Shown here: piece by piece, positions 51,331 through 60,719 of the stretch | How positions within the stretch are numbered: position 1 is the first letter of the stretch | Layout of the letters: every line of letters starts with the position of its first letter | NCBI GenBank assembly: GCA_963664225.1 | Contig: OY760937.1 | Coordinates: forward strand, 800,001-864,000 | DNA length: 64,000 nucleotides | Direction: 5' to 3' | DNA from: Verrucomicrobiia bacterium | GTDB taxonomy: Bacteria; Verrucomicrobiota; Verrucomicrobiia; Limisphaerales; UBA1319 | Position numbers and translations under genes: made by a program | Notes under the pieces: model-generated | What the model was told of the DNA's origin: nothing | What the model saw: the letters and a program-made list of their open reading frames with translations, nothing else | Database searches by the model: none

Positions 51331-52464
51331 ATGACAATAAAACAATCGCGTCGGCTGATTTATGGGACGGTTTTGTTCATCGTGTTTTCCATTGGCGGGG
51401 CATTTGAGCTTTGCGCGAGCGATGTTGTTCAGAGCACAAATACTAACGATAACGCCTCCGCCAGCCCGGCATGGACTGAGATTCTAAACGCGATGCAGCG
51501 GCTTGAGACTCCGCGCGAATGGGCCACGAACCGGCCCGCGCCTGAAGCTCTGGCGAAATTTCGGCAGAAACAGGCGGACGCAGCCGTGGAAGTGGCCGCC
51601 AGGGCGCAGGAGTTTTACCGTCGGTTTCCCAACGATCCACGGGCATCGGAAGCCAGACTCAAAGAGCGGGAGATCCTTGGACAGGCTGAGCGTTTTGGCA
51701 ACGATAAAGCCCGCGCGCGACTGGCGGAACTTGATGCGGCCAGACTCAAGGACGAGTCCACCAGCGAGGATGAGCGGTTTGAAATCGGGCTTTCGCGCCT
51801 GCAGCGGGAAACCCGGCAGCAGATGACGAATGCCGCCGGGATGGATGCCGCGCTGGAGGTGTATGCAAATGGAGCACGGCAATTGTTGAAGGATTTTCCA
51901 AAACGTGAGGAACCTTGGGAGATGCTGCTGGCTGTGGCGATGAAGGCTCCGGAAGCGAAGGCGCGGATTCTGGCCCGGGAAATTGTCGAGGGGACGGCAT
52001 CAGAGGCGGTCAAGACGCAGGCGCGCGCGGTTTTGAATAAACTGGAACTGTTGGGCAAACCGTTTCAACTGAAGTTCACGGCCCTGGATGGCCGGGAGGT
52101 GGATTTGTCGAAAATGAGGGGAAGGGTGGTGTTGGTCGATTTTTGGGCCACATGGTCCGGACCGTATGTAGCCCAATGGCCGCAGTTCAAGACGGCATGT
52201 CAGATCTGGCAAAACATGGGTTGTGAGGTCGTGGGGATCAGTTTCGACACGGACAAGGAGACATTGAAGACGTTCCTGGCCGGGGAAAAAGTGGAATGGC
52301 CGCAGTATTTCGACGGGCAGGGCTGGAAGAATAAGATCGGTCTGGAGAACGACATTAAGAGCCTGCCCGCCTTGTGGCTGATCGATAAGAAGGGGATTTT
52401 GCGCGATCAGAATGCGAGGGACAATTTTGAGCAGAAGGTGAAGAAGTATCTGGCGGAGAAATGA
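51331..52464 (-). other. Antisense ORFs 51484-52503 are shadows of the plus-strand TlpA-like CDS; no minus-strand gene called
   Basis: No family motifs in the minus-strand translations; they lie opposite the 377-aa plus-strand ORF. Confidence 0.3.
51331..52464 (+). CDS. TlpA-like thioredoxin-fold protein lacking CxxC
   Basis: Signal/TM, helical domain, GRVVLVDFWATWSGPY, VVGISFD, LIDKKG. Confidence 0.85.
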   Translation: MTIKQSRRLIYGTVLFIVFSIGGAFELCASDVVQSTNTNDNASASPAWTEILNAMQRLETPREWATNRPAPEALAKFRQKQADAAVEVAARAQEFYRRFPNDPRASEARLKEREILGQAERFGNDKARARLAELDAARLKDESTSEDERFEIGLSRLQRETRQQMTNAAGMDAALEVYANGARQLLKDFPKREEPWEMLLAVAMKAPEAKARILAREIVEGTASEAVKTQARAVLNKLELLGKPFQLKFTALDGREVDLSKMRGRVVLVDFWATWSGPYVAQWPQFKTACQIWQNMGCEVVGISFDTDKETLKTFLAGEKVEWPQYFDGQGWKNKIGLENDIKSLPALWLIDKKGILRDQNARDNFEQKVKKYLAEK

Positions 52465-52534
52465 GAAGAGGGCGGAGGAAAATTGATAATGGATAATTGA
52501 CAATTGGGTCCCGTCCTAAAATAGGTTGTCCCTA

Positions 52535-52912
52535 ATGAGACAACAAAACAGTGTTCGAAGGGTGGGGATACGGTACAGTGAGTCGTTTAAAATGGCTGTG
52601 GTTCGGGAGCTGGAAGAGGGCGAAATGTCCTTTGAGGCGATGCGGCGAAAGTACGGCATAAAGGGCACGGGCACCGTCCAAAAGTGGGCTCGCAAGTACG
52701 GCAGGGGCGATTTAGGAAAGGTCATACGCGTGGAAACACCTAAAGAATTCAATGAACGGGATCAAATGAAGAAGCGAATCAAGGCTTTGGAGAAAGCGTT
52801 GGCCGATGCGCACATCGATCTGGCGATCGAGCGTGCCACCATCCAAGTGGCCTGCGAACGGGCGGGGATTAAGGATGTGGCGGAGTTCAAAAAAAAAGTG
52901 GCTGGGAAATAG
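52535..52912 (+). CDS. IS3 transposase OrfA (HTH)
   Basis: RYSESFKMAVV..YGI..TVQKW. Confidence 0.9.
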   Translation: MRQQNSVRRVGIRYSESFKMAVVRELEEGEMSFEAMRRKYGIKGTGTVQKWARKYGRGDLGKVIRVETPKEFNERDQMKKRIKALEKALADAHIDLAIERATIQVACERAGIKDVAEFKKKVAGK

Positions 52913-52914
52913 CC
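52889..52914 (+). promoter_or_regulatory. Putative -1 programmed frameshift signal
   Basis: A9G run followed by GGCTG-GGAAA-TAGCC hairpin; the -1 frame is open into orfB. Confidence 0.7.
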
Positions 52915-52950
52915 CATTGTGCGGTCAGGGGAGGTTCGGCGGATCAGGAG

Positions 52951-53787
52951 GTGCCGGTCAAAGGGGTGTGTCGCCGACTGGGGATGAGCCGCCAGAACTT
53001 CTATGCGGGGCGCACGCGGCGGATGCGCAAGAAAGTGGAGGGCGACCTTGTGGCGGATTTAGTGCGTCAGGAGCGCAGGAAGCATCCGCGGATCGGGGCG
53101 CGAAAGCTCCACAGGACGATCAAGCCAGCCCTGGAAAAGGCCGGAGTAAAAATGGGGCGGGACCGCCTGTTTGAAGAGTTGCGAGAGCGGGATTTGCTGG
53201 TGCCGCCGCTGCCCCGGCAATGGCCCCAGACAACCCATTACAATCCCAGTTTGCCGGTGTTTCACAATGAGATCAAGGAACGGGAGGTGAAGCGGGCCAA
53301 TGAGGTTTGGGTGGCGGATATGACCTATGTGCGGACCGACGAGGGTTTTTTATATGTGTCGCTGATCACGGATAAGTATTCGCGCAAGATCGTGGGTTTC
53401 CATGCCGATGAGACGCTGGAAACCAGGGGGACGCTTGAGGCGTTGGAGATGGCGCTGGCGGCACTGCCCAGGGGATTCAATCCGATCCATCATTCGGATC
53501 GTGGCTGTCAGTATGCCAGTCATGAGTATGTGGATCGGTTGAAGTTGGGCGGCCTGTCCATCAGCATGACGGAGGAGGATCATTGCGCGGAGAATGCGAT
53601 GGCCGAACGGGTCAACGGCATCCTAAAGCAGGAGTATGGCATAGGGTATGGATTTAAGACCAAGGCGCTGGCGCGCAAAGTAATCAGTCAGGCTGTCAAT
53701 CTCTACAATACGCGCCGATTGCATACGGCATTGAATTACCAGGTGCCCGAGGCCGTTCACATCCGGGGAACCGTCGAGTATAACTAA
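52951..53787 (+). CDS. IS3 transposase OrfB (DDE/rve)
   Basis: WVADMTY, HHSDRGCQY, NAMAERVNGILKQE. Confidence 0.93.
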   Translation: MPVKGVCRRLGMSRQNFYAGRTRRMRKKVEGDLVADLVRQERRKHPRIGARKLHRTIKPALEKAGVKMGRDRLFEELRERDLLVPPLPRQWPQTTHYNPSLPVFHNEIKEREVKRANEVWVADMTYVRTDEGFLYVSLITDKYSRKIVGFHADETLETRGTLEALEMALAALPRGFNPIHHSDRGCQYASHEYVDRLKLGGLSISMTEEDHCAENAMAERVNGILKQEYGIGYGFKTKALARKVISQAVNLYNTRRLHTALNYQVPEAVHIRGTVEYN

Positions 53788-54000
53788 GAAGCCATACCGG
53801 CCTGAGAGGGGAGGGTCCGCGCCACAGTGCCCCTTCGGGTCCACTACGGCATTGGCACTTCGTGCCAAAGCCTCCGTTCCCCCGAAGGGGCACTGCTCTC
53901 CTCCTGAAGGTGTGGGACAGTAGGAAGATTCCCTCCGACCGGAAACCGAAAGAAATAAGACTCAGGAAAAAGTGACAAATTTAAACCAGGACTTGACCGG

Positions 54001-54550
54001 GTGCAGGGCGGAGGGGAGAGGAAAAACGAACATCCAACAGCGAACATTCAACAATGAACCTCAAACTTGGCAAGGGCGGGGAAGCCACAGATTGGCACAG
54101 ATAAACACAGATTTGGGAAGGGCAGGATGGGAGAACGGCCCAGCGAAAAAGAGACCAATTCAAGCCAGGACTTGAACGGACCCGTGGCGAAATGAGATCA
54201 ACATGGATGGGCAGGATGGACAGGATTTTTAACCACGGATTTCACGGACGGCAGGGATGGGGAAAAAAGATTTAACCACATAGAGCTCATAGATCTCAAA
54301 GAAATAGGCGGGTGAAAACGGGGTTTTTAACCACGGATATCACGGATGGCACGGATATGGGAAAAAAGGATTTAACCGCATAGAACTCATAGAACACATA
54401 GAAAAGAAGGGGGAAGAAGACAGGATTTTTAACCACGGAAAGGGAGATTAATTTCGAGGCCGTAAGAAGGACGGGGTTTGGGCGGAGGGCAGAGGGCGGG
54501 GAAGCCACAGATTGGCACAGATAAACACAGATTTGGGAAGGGCAGGATGG
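54001..54550. repeat. Mosaic of short periodic repeats bounded by a 57-bp direct repeat
   Basis: GGGCGGGGAAGCCACAGATTGGCACAGATAAACACAGATTTGGGAAGGGCAGGATGG at 54074-54130 and 54494-54550; several TTTAACCAC units inside. Confidence 0.8.
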
Positions 54551-54658
54551 CAAAGTGGAGTCGTTTTTACGAATGCTTCGGGGTTGACGGGATGCACGAG
54601 TTGGGCTTTGCTAAAGGGCAATCAAAATTCAGCACAAAACCAAAAACGAAACGATCCT

Positions 54659-55534
54659 ATGGCCAATCAAGTTTCACGCAGAACCGCGATCAGGACTTTT
54701 GCAGGAAGCGCGGCATTTTTGGGCGCAATGAGCGCCACGCCGACTTCCCTCCTGGCGCAAGACGAGGCGCAGCTCAAGGGGAACATCAATCATTCGGTTT
54801 CCCGCTGGTGTTATGGGGGCATCAGCCTGGACGATCTTTGTGTCGCCGCAAAGAAAATGGGAATCAAGTCCATTGAACTGCTCGGCCCGGACGAATGGGC
54901 CACGGTTCAAAAGCACGGATTGAGTTGCGCGATGTGCAATGGGCCGGACAGCATTGGCTACGGCTTCAATCGTGTGGAACATCACGATAAGTTGGTGGCG
55001 GGCTTCGAGAAGATGATTCCTGAAGTGGCGAAATATGGATTTCCCAACATCATTTGCTTCTCGGGTAACCGCGGCGGGATGGATGACGCCGAGGGGCTCA
55101 AGAATTGCGTGACCGGGTTGAAACGGGTGATGAAGCTGGCTGAGGACAACAAAGTGACGGTTGTGCTGGAGCTTCTGAACAGCAAGGTGGACCACAAGGA
55201 TTACATGGCGGATCATTCGGCCTGGGGTGTGGAGTTGTGCAAGGCGGTGGGTTCCGAGCGGCTCAAACTGCTCTTCGATATTTATCACATGCAAATCATG
55301 GAGGGGGATATCATACGCTCGATCCGGCAGAATCATCAGTATTTCGGGCATTATCACACGGGTGGAAATCCCGGCCGCAACGAGATCGACGAGACGCAGG
55401 AGCTGAATTACTCCGCGATCATGAAGGCCATCGTTGAGGTGGGATACAAGGGCTTTGTGGGGCAGGAATTCATTCCCAAGCAAAAAGACGCGCTCAAATC
55501 CCTGGCTCAAGCCATCCGGATTTGCGACGTGTGA
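54659..55534 (+). CDS. Hydroxypyruvate isomerase-like TIM-barrel protein, Tat signal
   Basis: SRRTAI, ELLNSKVDH, LLFDIYHMQ, HYHTGGNPGRNE, VGQEF. Confidence 0.9.
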   Translation: MANQVSRRTAIRTFAGSAAFLGAMSATPTSLLAQDEAQLKGNINHSVSRWCYGGISLDDLCVAAKKMGIKSIELLGPDEWATVQKHGLSCAMCNGPDSIGYGFNRVEHHDKLVAGFEKMIPEVAKYGFPNIICFSGNRGGMDDAEGLKNCVTGLKRVMKLAEDNKVTVVLELLNSKVDHKDYMADHSAWGVELCKAVGSERLKLLFDIYHMQIMEGDIIRSIRQNHQYFGHYHTGGNPGRNEIDETQELNYSAIMKAIVEVGYKGFVGQEFIPKQKDALKSLAQAIRICDV

Positions 55535-55564
55535 TCGGGTGCAAGGTTCGTTGCAGTAAAGTTG

Positions 55565-55595
55565 AAGGGCGTGGTCAAAGGCCGCGCCCTTTTTT
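55565..55595 (+). terminator. Intrinsic terminator
   Basis: AAGGGCGTGGTC-AAA-GGCCGCGCCCTT followed by a T-run. Confidence 0.8.
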
Positions 55596-56219
55596 CGTGC
55601 GGGTCCGGCAATGGTCAGATCTCAAATGACGACCGCCCTCCCCATGAACCCAAAGCGGGATGTCTTCCATTACAAGTTACATGGAAAGAAGTGGGTGAAG
55701 ATATATCAACATGGATAAGCAGGATGAGCAGGATTTTTAACCACTGACATCACGGATGGCACGGATGAGGAAATGGATAATTGAGAAATCGACCGGCAGC
55801 GAATTACAGAAAAGGGTTGACGTACGCCCTCATCCCGGCCTTCTCCCCCAGGAGAAGGAGGAGTATTGCGAGCCCTGGGTTTATTGCACGGTTTGGAGGA
55901 TGCCGCCGCGTGGGGTTTGTTCATGAAGAAAACTTCAATTGGAGGGGGAATTAAGGAACGCCCTCATCCCCGCCTTCCCCGAGAAGGGGGAGTATTGCGA
56001 GTCCTGGATTTATTGCACGGTTTGGACGATGCCGCCGTGCCGGACTTAATGCCCCACACCGACGACTGGCGTCCTGGCCGGGTTCGTACGGTTTAGGCTT
56101 TTACCAGCTTCCTGAATTGTGTCATGCACACTTTGTGAGGTTTGGTGCGTATGATGGATTGACGCATGGGGGATTAATTTGACAGGTTGGCGGTTGCAAA
56201 TTCAAAGAAAGAATACGCG

Positions 56220-57065
56220 GTGGAAATTAAAAAGGCGATCATCACGGCGGCGGGCAGGAATCAGCACACACTACCTTTGCAAACATTGGTGGACCGAGAC
56301 GGCACGCCGAAGGCGGCCTTGCGGATCATCATCGAGGAGGCGTTGCGGGCGGGGGTGGATTCGATTTGTCTGGTGGTGAATCCGGGAAGCCAGGCGGCTT
56401 ACGCGGCGGCGGCGGGAGAACATGCCGACCGGCTGGTATTTGTGGAGCAGGCCCAGCCATTGGGTTACGGCCACGCGGTGTGGTGCGCGAGGGAGTTTGC
56501 CGGGAACGCGCCCTTTTTGCTGCTGGTGGGCGATCATCTTTATGTGAGCCGCGGGCCGAAGACCTGCGCGCAGCAGCTTGTTGAAGTGGCGCGGTCCGAA
56601 TCGTGCAGCGTTTCGGCTGTTCAATCCACCCATGAGAGCAAGCTGCCATTTTATGGGACCATTGGAGGGCGCCTGCTGGCCGGAAGACAGCGGCTTTATC
56701 AGGTTGAGAATGTGGTGGAAAAACCGGCGCCGACACAGGCGGAGCAGGAGCTGATCGTGCCGGGATTGCGCGCGGGGCATTACCTGTGCTTTTTCGGCAT
56801 GCATGTCCTGACGCCTGCAGTGATGGATATTCTCGGAAAGATGGTGAAAACAGCAGGACCCGCGGGCGGATTGCATTTGTCCGCAGCGCTGGCGACGCTG
56901 GCGCATCAGGAAAAATATCTGGCCTACGAGGCGCGGGGCTGGCGTTACGACATCGGTTTAAAATACGGATTGCTCACGGCCCAGTTGGCGCTCGCATTGG
57001 ACGGCCAGGATCGCGAGGAAGTGCTCGCGGGTCTGGTGGAGTTGCTGGCCTTGCGCGCGGAATAA
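56220..57065 (+). CDS. GalU-like sugar-phosphate nucleotidyltransferase
   Basis: [32 protein letters not shown]; the GxGTR motif is degenerate. Confidence 0.85.
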   Translation: MEIKKAIITAAGRNQHTLPLQTLVDRDGTPKAALRIIIEEALRAGVDSICLVVNPGSQAAYAAAAGEHADRLVFVEQAQPLGYGHAVWCAREFAGNAPFLLLVGDHLYVSRGPKTCAQQLVEVARSESCSVSAVQSTHESKLPFYGTIGGRLLAGRQRLYQVENVVEKPAPTQAEQELIVPGLRAGHYLCFFGMHVLTPAVMDILGKMVKTAGPAGGLHLSAALATLAHQEKYLAYEARGWRYDIGLKYGLLTAQLALALDGQDREEVLAGLVELLALRAE

Positions 57066-57104
57066 GCGGGTCATTCCAAAAAACAAAGACATCCACGCTC
57101 AATC

Positions 57105-60100
57105 ATGTCCAGTCATTTAATCAGCATCATCACGGCCACGGATCCCGCCCTGAGAAACCAGCCGCTGGACGCCTTTTGCCATGCGGCGTCGATGCGGGAT
57201 CTGCTCCAGGAGTGCGCCGCGCTGGATGAGTTTCGCCGAAACCGCGACAATCTTTACGAGCGGGTCCGGGCGCTGTTTTTTCTTTATTCCATTCACCGCT
57301 TTCATCTGCCGACGAAAGAGGGAGTGCAAGGCCGTGGGAAGGTGTCTTTCGCCGGTTATGCTCATTTGCTTCAACGCCGGTTTGAGGAGGCGATCGACGT
57401 TTTCCTGGCCTGCCAAAAAACCGAGGGACCGAGCGATGCCACGTCGAGCGCATTGGCGCAGGCCTATCACAGCCTCGGGTTCCAAACTTTGGCAAACCAG
57501 GTGCGACGCAGCGTGCGCTCCGTGCGGGGCAACCAGTGGATGTTTCGCATGGGGCATCCGGCCGATCAGCCTCTGCGCATCCGGCCTGAATTGCTGAAGC
57601 GCTCCAGTGTCAGAGGGCCGTTCCCCATTTTGTGCGAGCGAACGCCGGTGCGCATGGATTTGTCGCACAGCGCGTGGAGCGACATTTTCTTTTTGGGGAT
57701 GGATTATCCCGAGGGCGCGCAGGTGCTCAATGTGTCCATCGATCTGGGAATACACGGACGGGACGCGGCGCCCAAACCGCCGGTGGAGGCTTATTTGCGG
57801 GTGATCGACGAGCCGGTGCTGCGGCTGACGAGTGTCGATTTGGGGGCGACGACCGATCTCTCGACGTTGAGCGAGGTGTTCGATTTTGCAAAGGATTACC
57901 TGGGATTGCTCAAGGCGGCGGTCATTGCGGCGGGCATCGTGCCTCCAGGAATCGAAGGCGCGGGGGAGGGATTGGCGGAGCTGCTGGCGCGGATGGTGGG
58001 GCCAGGGTGTGGATTGGAGCTGGTCAGCAACGTCAACAACATCCCGAAGGGGTCCCGCCTGGCGGTATCCACGAACCTGCTGGCGGCGTTGATCGGGGTG
58101 TGCATGCGCGCGACGGGGCAGGCCAAATCGCTGACGGGGCAACTCACGGAAAGCGAACGCCGGCTGGTGGCGGCGCGGGCCATTCTGGGGGAATGGCTGG
58201 GCGGGTCCGGAGGGGGATGGCAGGATTCGGGGGGCGTATGGCCGGGACTCAAGCTCATCAAGGGCGAGCAGGCGCGCGAGGGGGATCCCGAATGGGGGAT
58301 CAGCCGCGGGCGATTGCTGCCCGGGCATCGCATTCTGGGTGTCGAAGATGTTCCCCTTGCGACGCGGGAATCGCTGCAAAAGAGCCTGGTGCTGGTTCAC
58401 GGCGGCATGGCCCAAAACGTGGGGCCGATACTCGAGATGGTGACCGAGAAATACCTGCTGCGGTCGGAATCTGAATGGAAGGGACGCCAGGAAGCGGTTG
58501 GCCTGATGGGGGATGTTTTGGCAGCGTTAAAGAATAATGACATTCATGCCCTGGGTGGGATCACCACGCGGAATTTCTCAGGGCCGATTCAAACGATTAT
58601 TCCATGGGCCAGCAATTTATACACGGAGACGCTGATCGCGAGAGTGCAGAGCGAGTTCGGAGACGCTTTCTGGGGCTTCTGGATGCTGGGCGGCATGTCG
58701 GGCGGAGGCATGGGTTTCATGTTCGCGCCTGAGAAAAAGCAGGAGGCGCAGGAACGGTTGCTGGAAATCATGACGCGCACGAAAAAGGAGCTGGAGTGCG
58801 CGCTGCCGTTTGCGATGAACCCGGTTGTTTATGATTTTGCCATCAATGAGCAAGGAACGGTGGCGGGCCTGATGGAGGGGGACGAAGCGTTGCTGCCGGG
58901 AGGGTATTACGCGCTGCATGTGCCGCGGCTGCTTCGACTGGAGTCCCAGCAATTGACCTGGCAGAGGCGCGCGGAGTTGGATCGTTTCGGAGCGGCGTGT
59001 CGCACGAAACCCGAGTTGAAGGGAATGGTGCAGACGCTGTTTGAACGACTCTTTCCCCATCTCAACATGGAGGGATCTGGGCGCACAAACCTGAGCGGAT
59101 TGCTCGAGAGTTTTGGTTTTGATTCCGCGCAACACGAGCAGATTCGGGCCGACCTGAAGAATGGGCGCATTGGCCTGGCACAAAACCGCCTGCCTGCGAG
59201 CACAACTGTCCGCGATGTGCTTCCCGAGGATGTCTGCGATGCCACGGAGGGATTGCCGGAGGCGATGCGCAGCGTGGGACTGCGTGCTTTGAAAGAGGGC
59301 AGGGTGGCGGTGATGACACTGGCGGCGGGCGCTGGAAGCCGGTGGACACAAGGGGCCGGAGTGGCCAAGGCGCTGCATCCTTTCTGCAAATTGGGCGGGA
59401 AACATCGCACCTTTCTTGAGGTTCACCTGGCCAAGAGCCGACGCATCGGACGCATGGTGGACGCGTGGCTGCCGCATATCATCTCCACGAGTCATTTGAC
59501 GCATACGGCGATCGAGACGTTTCTGGCGCGGCAGCAGAATTATGAATATGCCGGAAAAGTGATGCTTTCACCGGGGCGTTCCGTGGGCTTGAGGATGATT
59601 CCCATGGTGCGGGATTTGCGTTTTGCCTGGGAAGAGATGCCGCAGCAAATGCTCGATGAGCAGGCCCAAAAAGTCCGTGAAAGCCTCCATTCCGCGCTCA
59701 TCGACTGGGCAACGCGCGCGGGGGAGGGCAACGATTACACGGACAACATTCCCACGCAATGCCTGCATCCGGTGGGGCATTGGTTCGAAGTGCCGAACCT
59801 TTTGAGGAATGGCGTGCTGCTCGAATTGCTGCGGACGCATCCCAAGCTGAATCATGTGATGCTGCACAACATCGACACGGTGGGCGCGGATGTCGATCCG
59901 GCCATTTTGGGACAGCACATGGAGAGTGGGGCTTGTCTGACATTCGAGATGATCACCCGGCGCATCGACGACCGTGGCGGCGGTCTGGCGCGGATTAATA
60001 ACAGGCCACGTCTGGTCGAGGGACTGGCCATGCCGCGCGAAGCTGACGAATTTGAGCTGAGCTACTACAACTCGATGACCACCTGGATCAACGTGGATCG

Positions 60101-60428
60101 TTTCCTGGAAACGCTGCAGCTCACGCGCGGAGAGTTGGACAATGAGACTCGGGTTGCCGAGGCCATTCGCCGTCTCAGCATGCGCATGCCCACTTACATA
60201 ACACTCAAGGACGTGAAGAAACGGTGGGGTCATGGGCAGGAGGATATTTTCCCCGTGGCGCAGTTCGAAAAACTGTGGAGCGACATGACCACACTGCCGG
60301 ACGTCCATTGCCAGTTTATCGTGGTACCCCGCAAGCGCGGGCAGCAGCTAAAGGACCAGGCGCAACTGGACGGCTGGTTGCGTGACGGTTCGGCCGCATA
60401 CGTGGACGGCCTCTGCGAGTGGGCGTAG
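57105..60428 (+). CDS. GHMP-kinase-like / UDPGP-family nucleotidyltransferase fusion
   Basis: PVRMD, IPKGSRLAVS, GGGWQD, GGMSGGG; then LAAGAGSRW, HPVGH, HNIDT, QFEK. Confidence 0.8.
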   Translation: MSSHLISIITATDPALRNQPLDAFCHAASMRDLLQECAALDEFRRNRDNLYERVRALFFLYSIHRFHLPTKEGVQGRGKVSFAGYAHLLQRRFEEAIDVFLACQKTEGPSDATSSALAQAYHSLGFQTLANQVRRSVRSVRGNQWMFRMGHPADQPLRIRPELLKRSSVRGPFPILCERTPVRMDLSHSAWSDIFFLGMDYPEGAQVLNVSIDLGIHGRDAAPKPPVEAYLRVIDEPVLRLTSVDLGATTDLSTLSEVFDFAKDYLGLLKAAVIAAGIVPPGIEGAGEGLAELLARMVGPGCGLELVSNVNNIPKGSRLAVSTNLLAALIGVCMRATGQAKSLTGQLTESERRLVAARAILGEWLGGSGGGWQDSGGVWPGLKLIKGEQAREGDPEWGISRGRLLPGHRILGVEDVPLATRESLQKSLVLVHGGMAQNVGPILEMVTEKYLLRSESEWKGRQEAVGLMGDVLAALKNNDIHALGGITTRNFSGPIQTIIPWASNLYTETLIARVQSEFGDAFWGFWMLGGMSGGGMGFMFAPEKKQEAQERLLEIMTRTKKELECALPFAMNPVVYDFAINEQGTVAGLMEGDEALLPGGYYALHVPRLLRLESQQLTWQRRAELDRFGAACRTKPELKGMVQTLFERLFPHLNMEGSGRTNLSGLLESFGFDSAQHEQIRADLKNGRIGLAQNRLPASTTVRDVLPEDVCDATEGLPEAMRSVGLRALKEGRVAVMTLAAGAGSRWTQGAGVAKALHPFCKLGGKHRTFLEVHLAKSRRIGRMVDAWLPHIISTSHLTHTAIETFLARQQNYEYAGKVMLSPGRSVGLRMIPMVRDLRFAWEEMPQQMLDEQAQKVRESLHSALIDWATRAGEGNDYTDNIPTQCLHPVGHWFEVPNLLRNGVLLELLRTHPKLNHVMLHNIDTVGADVDPAILGQHMESGACLTFEMITRRIDDRGGGLARINNRPRLVEGLAMPREADEFELSYYNSMTTWINVDRFLETLQLTRGELDNETRVAEAIRRLSMRMPTYITLKDVKKRWGHGQEDIFPVAQFEKLWSDMTTLPDVHCQFIVVPRKRGQQLKDQAQLDGWLRDGSAAYVDGLCEWA

Positions 60429-60719
60429 AATGCGGGAGCGCGGGCGGCGGCAGGGAATGGGCGCATGACAAAATTCTTCGGTGAAAGAGCAAGGATTCTT
60501 AATGAAGCCCCTCTCTCCGGCTCTCTCCCCGTTCGTGCCTCACGGGGCGAGAGAGAAGAATCGCGTGATCGGTTCTTTGGATCGGCTGTGTTCATTCACC
60601 CCATATTGTTCCATGTTGTTTTAAAGCCTTTTTCGGCTTTCTGAAGAAATTTATCCTGCACCCGTTCGGAATGATCGAGCTGGATTGACCTGGGAACCGG
60701 GTGCCGCTATGGTTTGCGC

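Larger units (their letters stand above)
52507..53998 (+). mobile_element. IS3-family element copy 2 (intact, 1492 bp)
   Basis: Imperfect IRs with GGTC..GACC ends; orfA/orfB with a slippery A9 run. Confidence 0.93.

Noticed and set aside
57117..60308. Long antisense ORFs (also opposite the kinases, lptD and IS256)
   Set aside because: Shadow frames of GC-rich genuine genes on the other strand.
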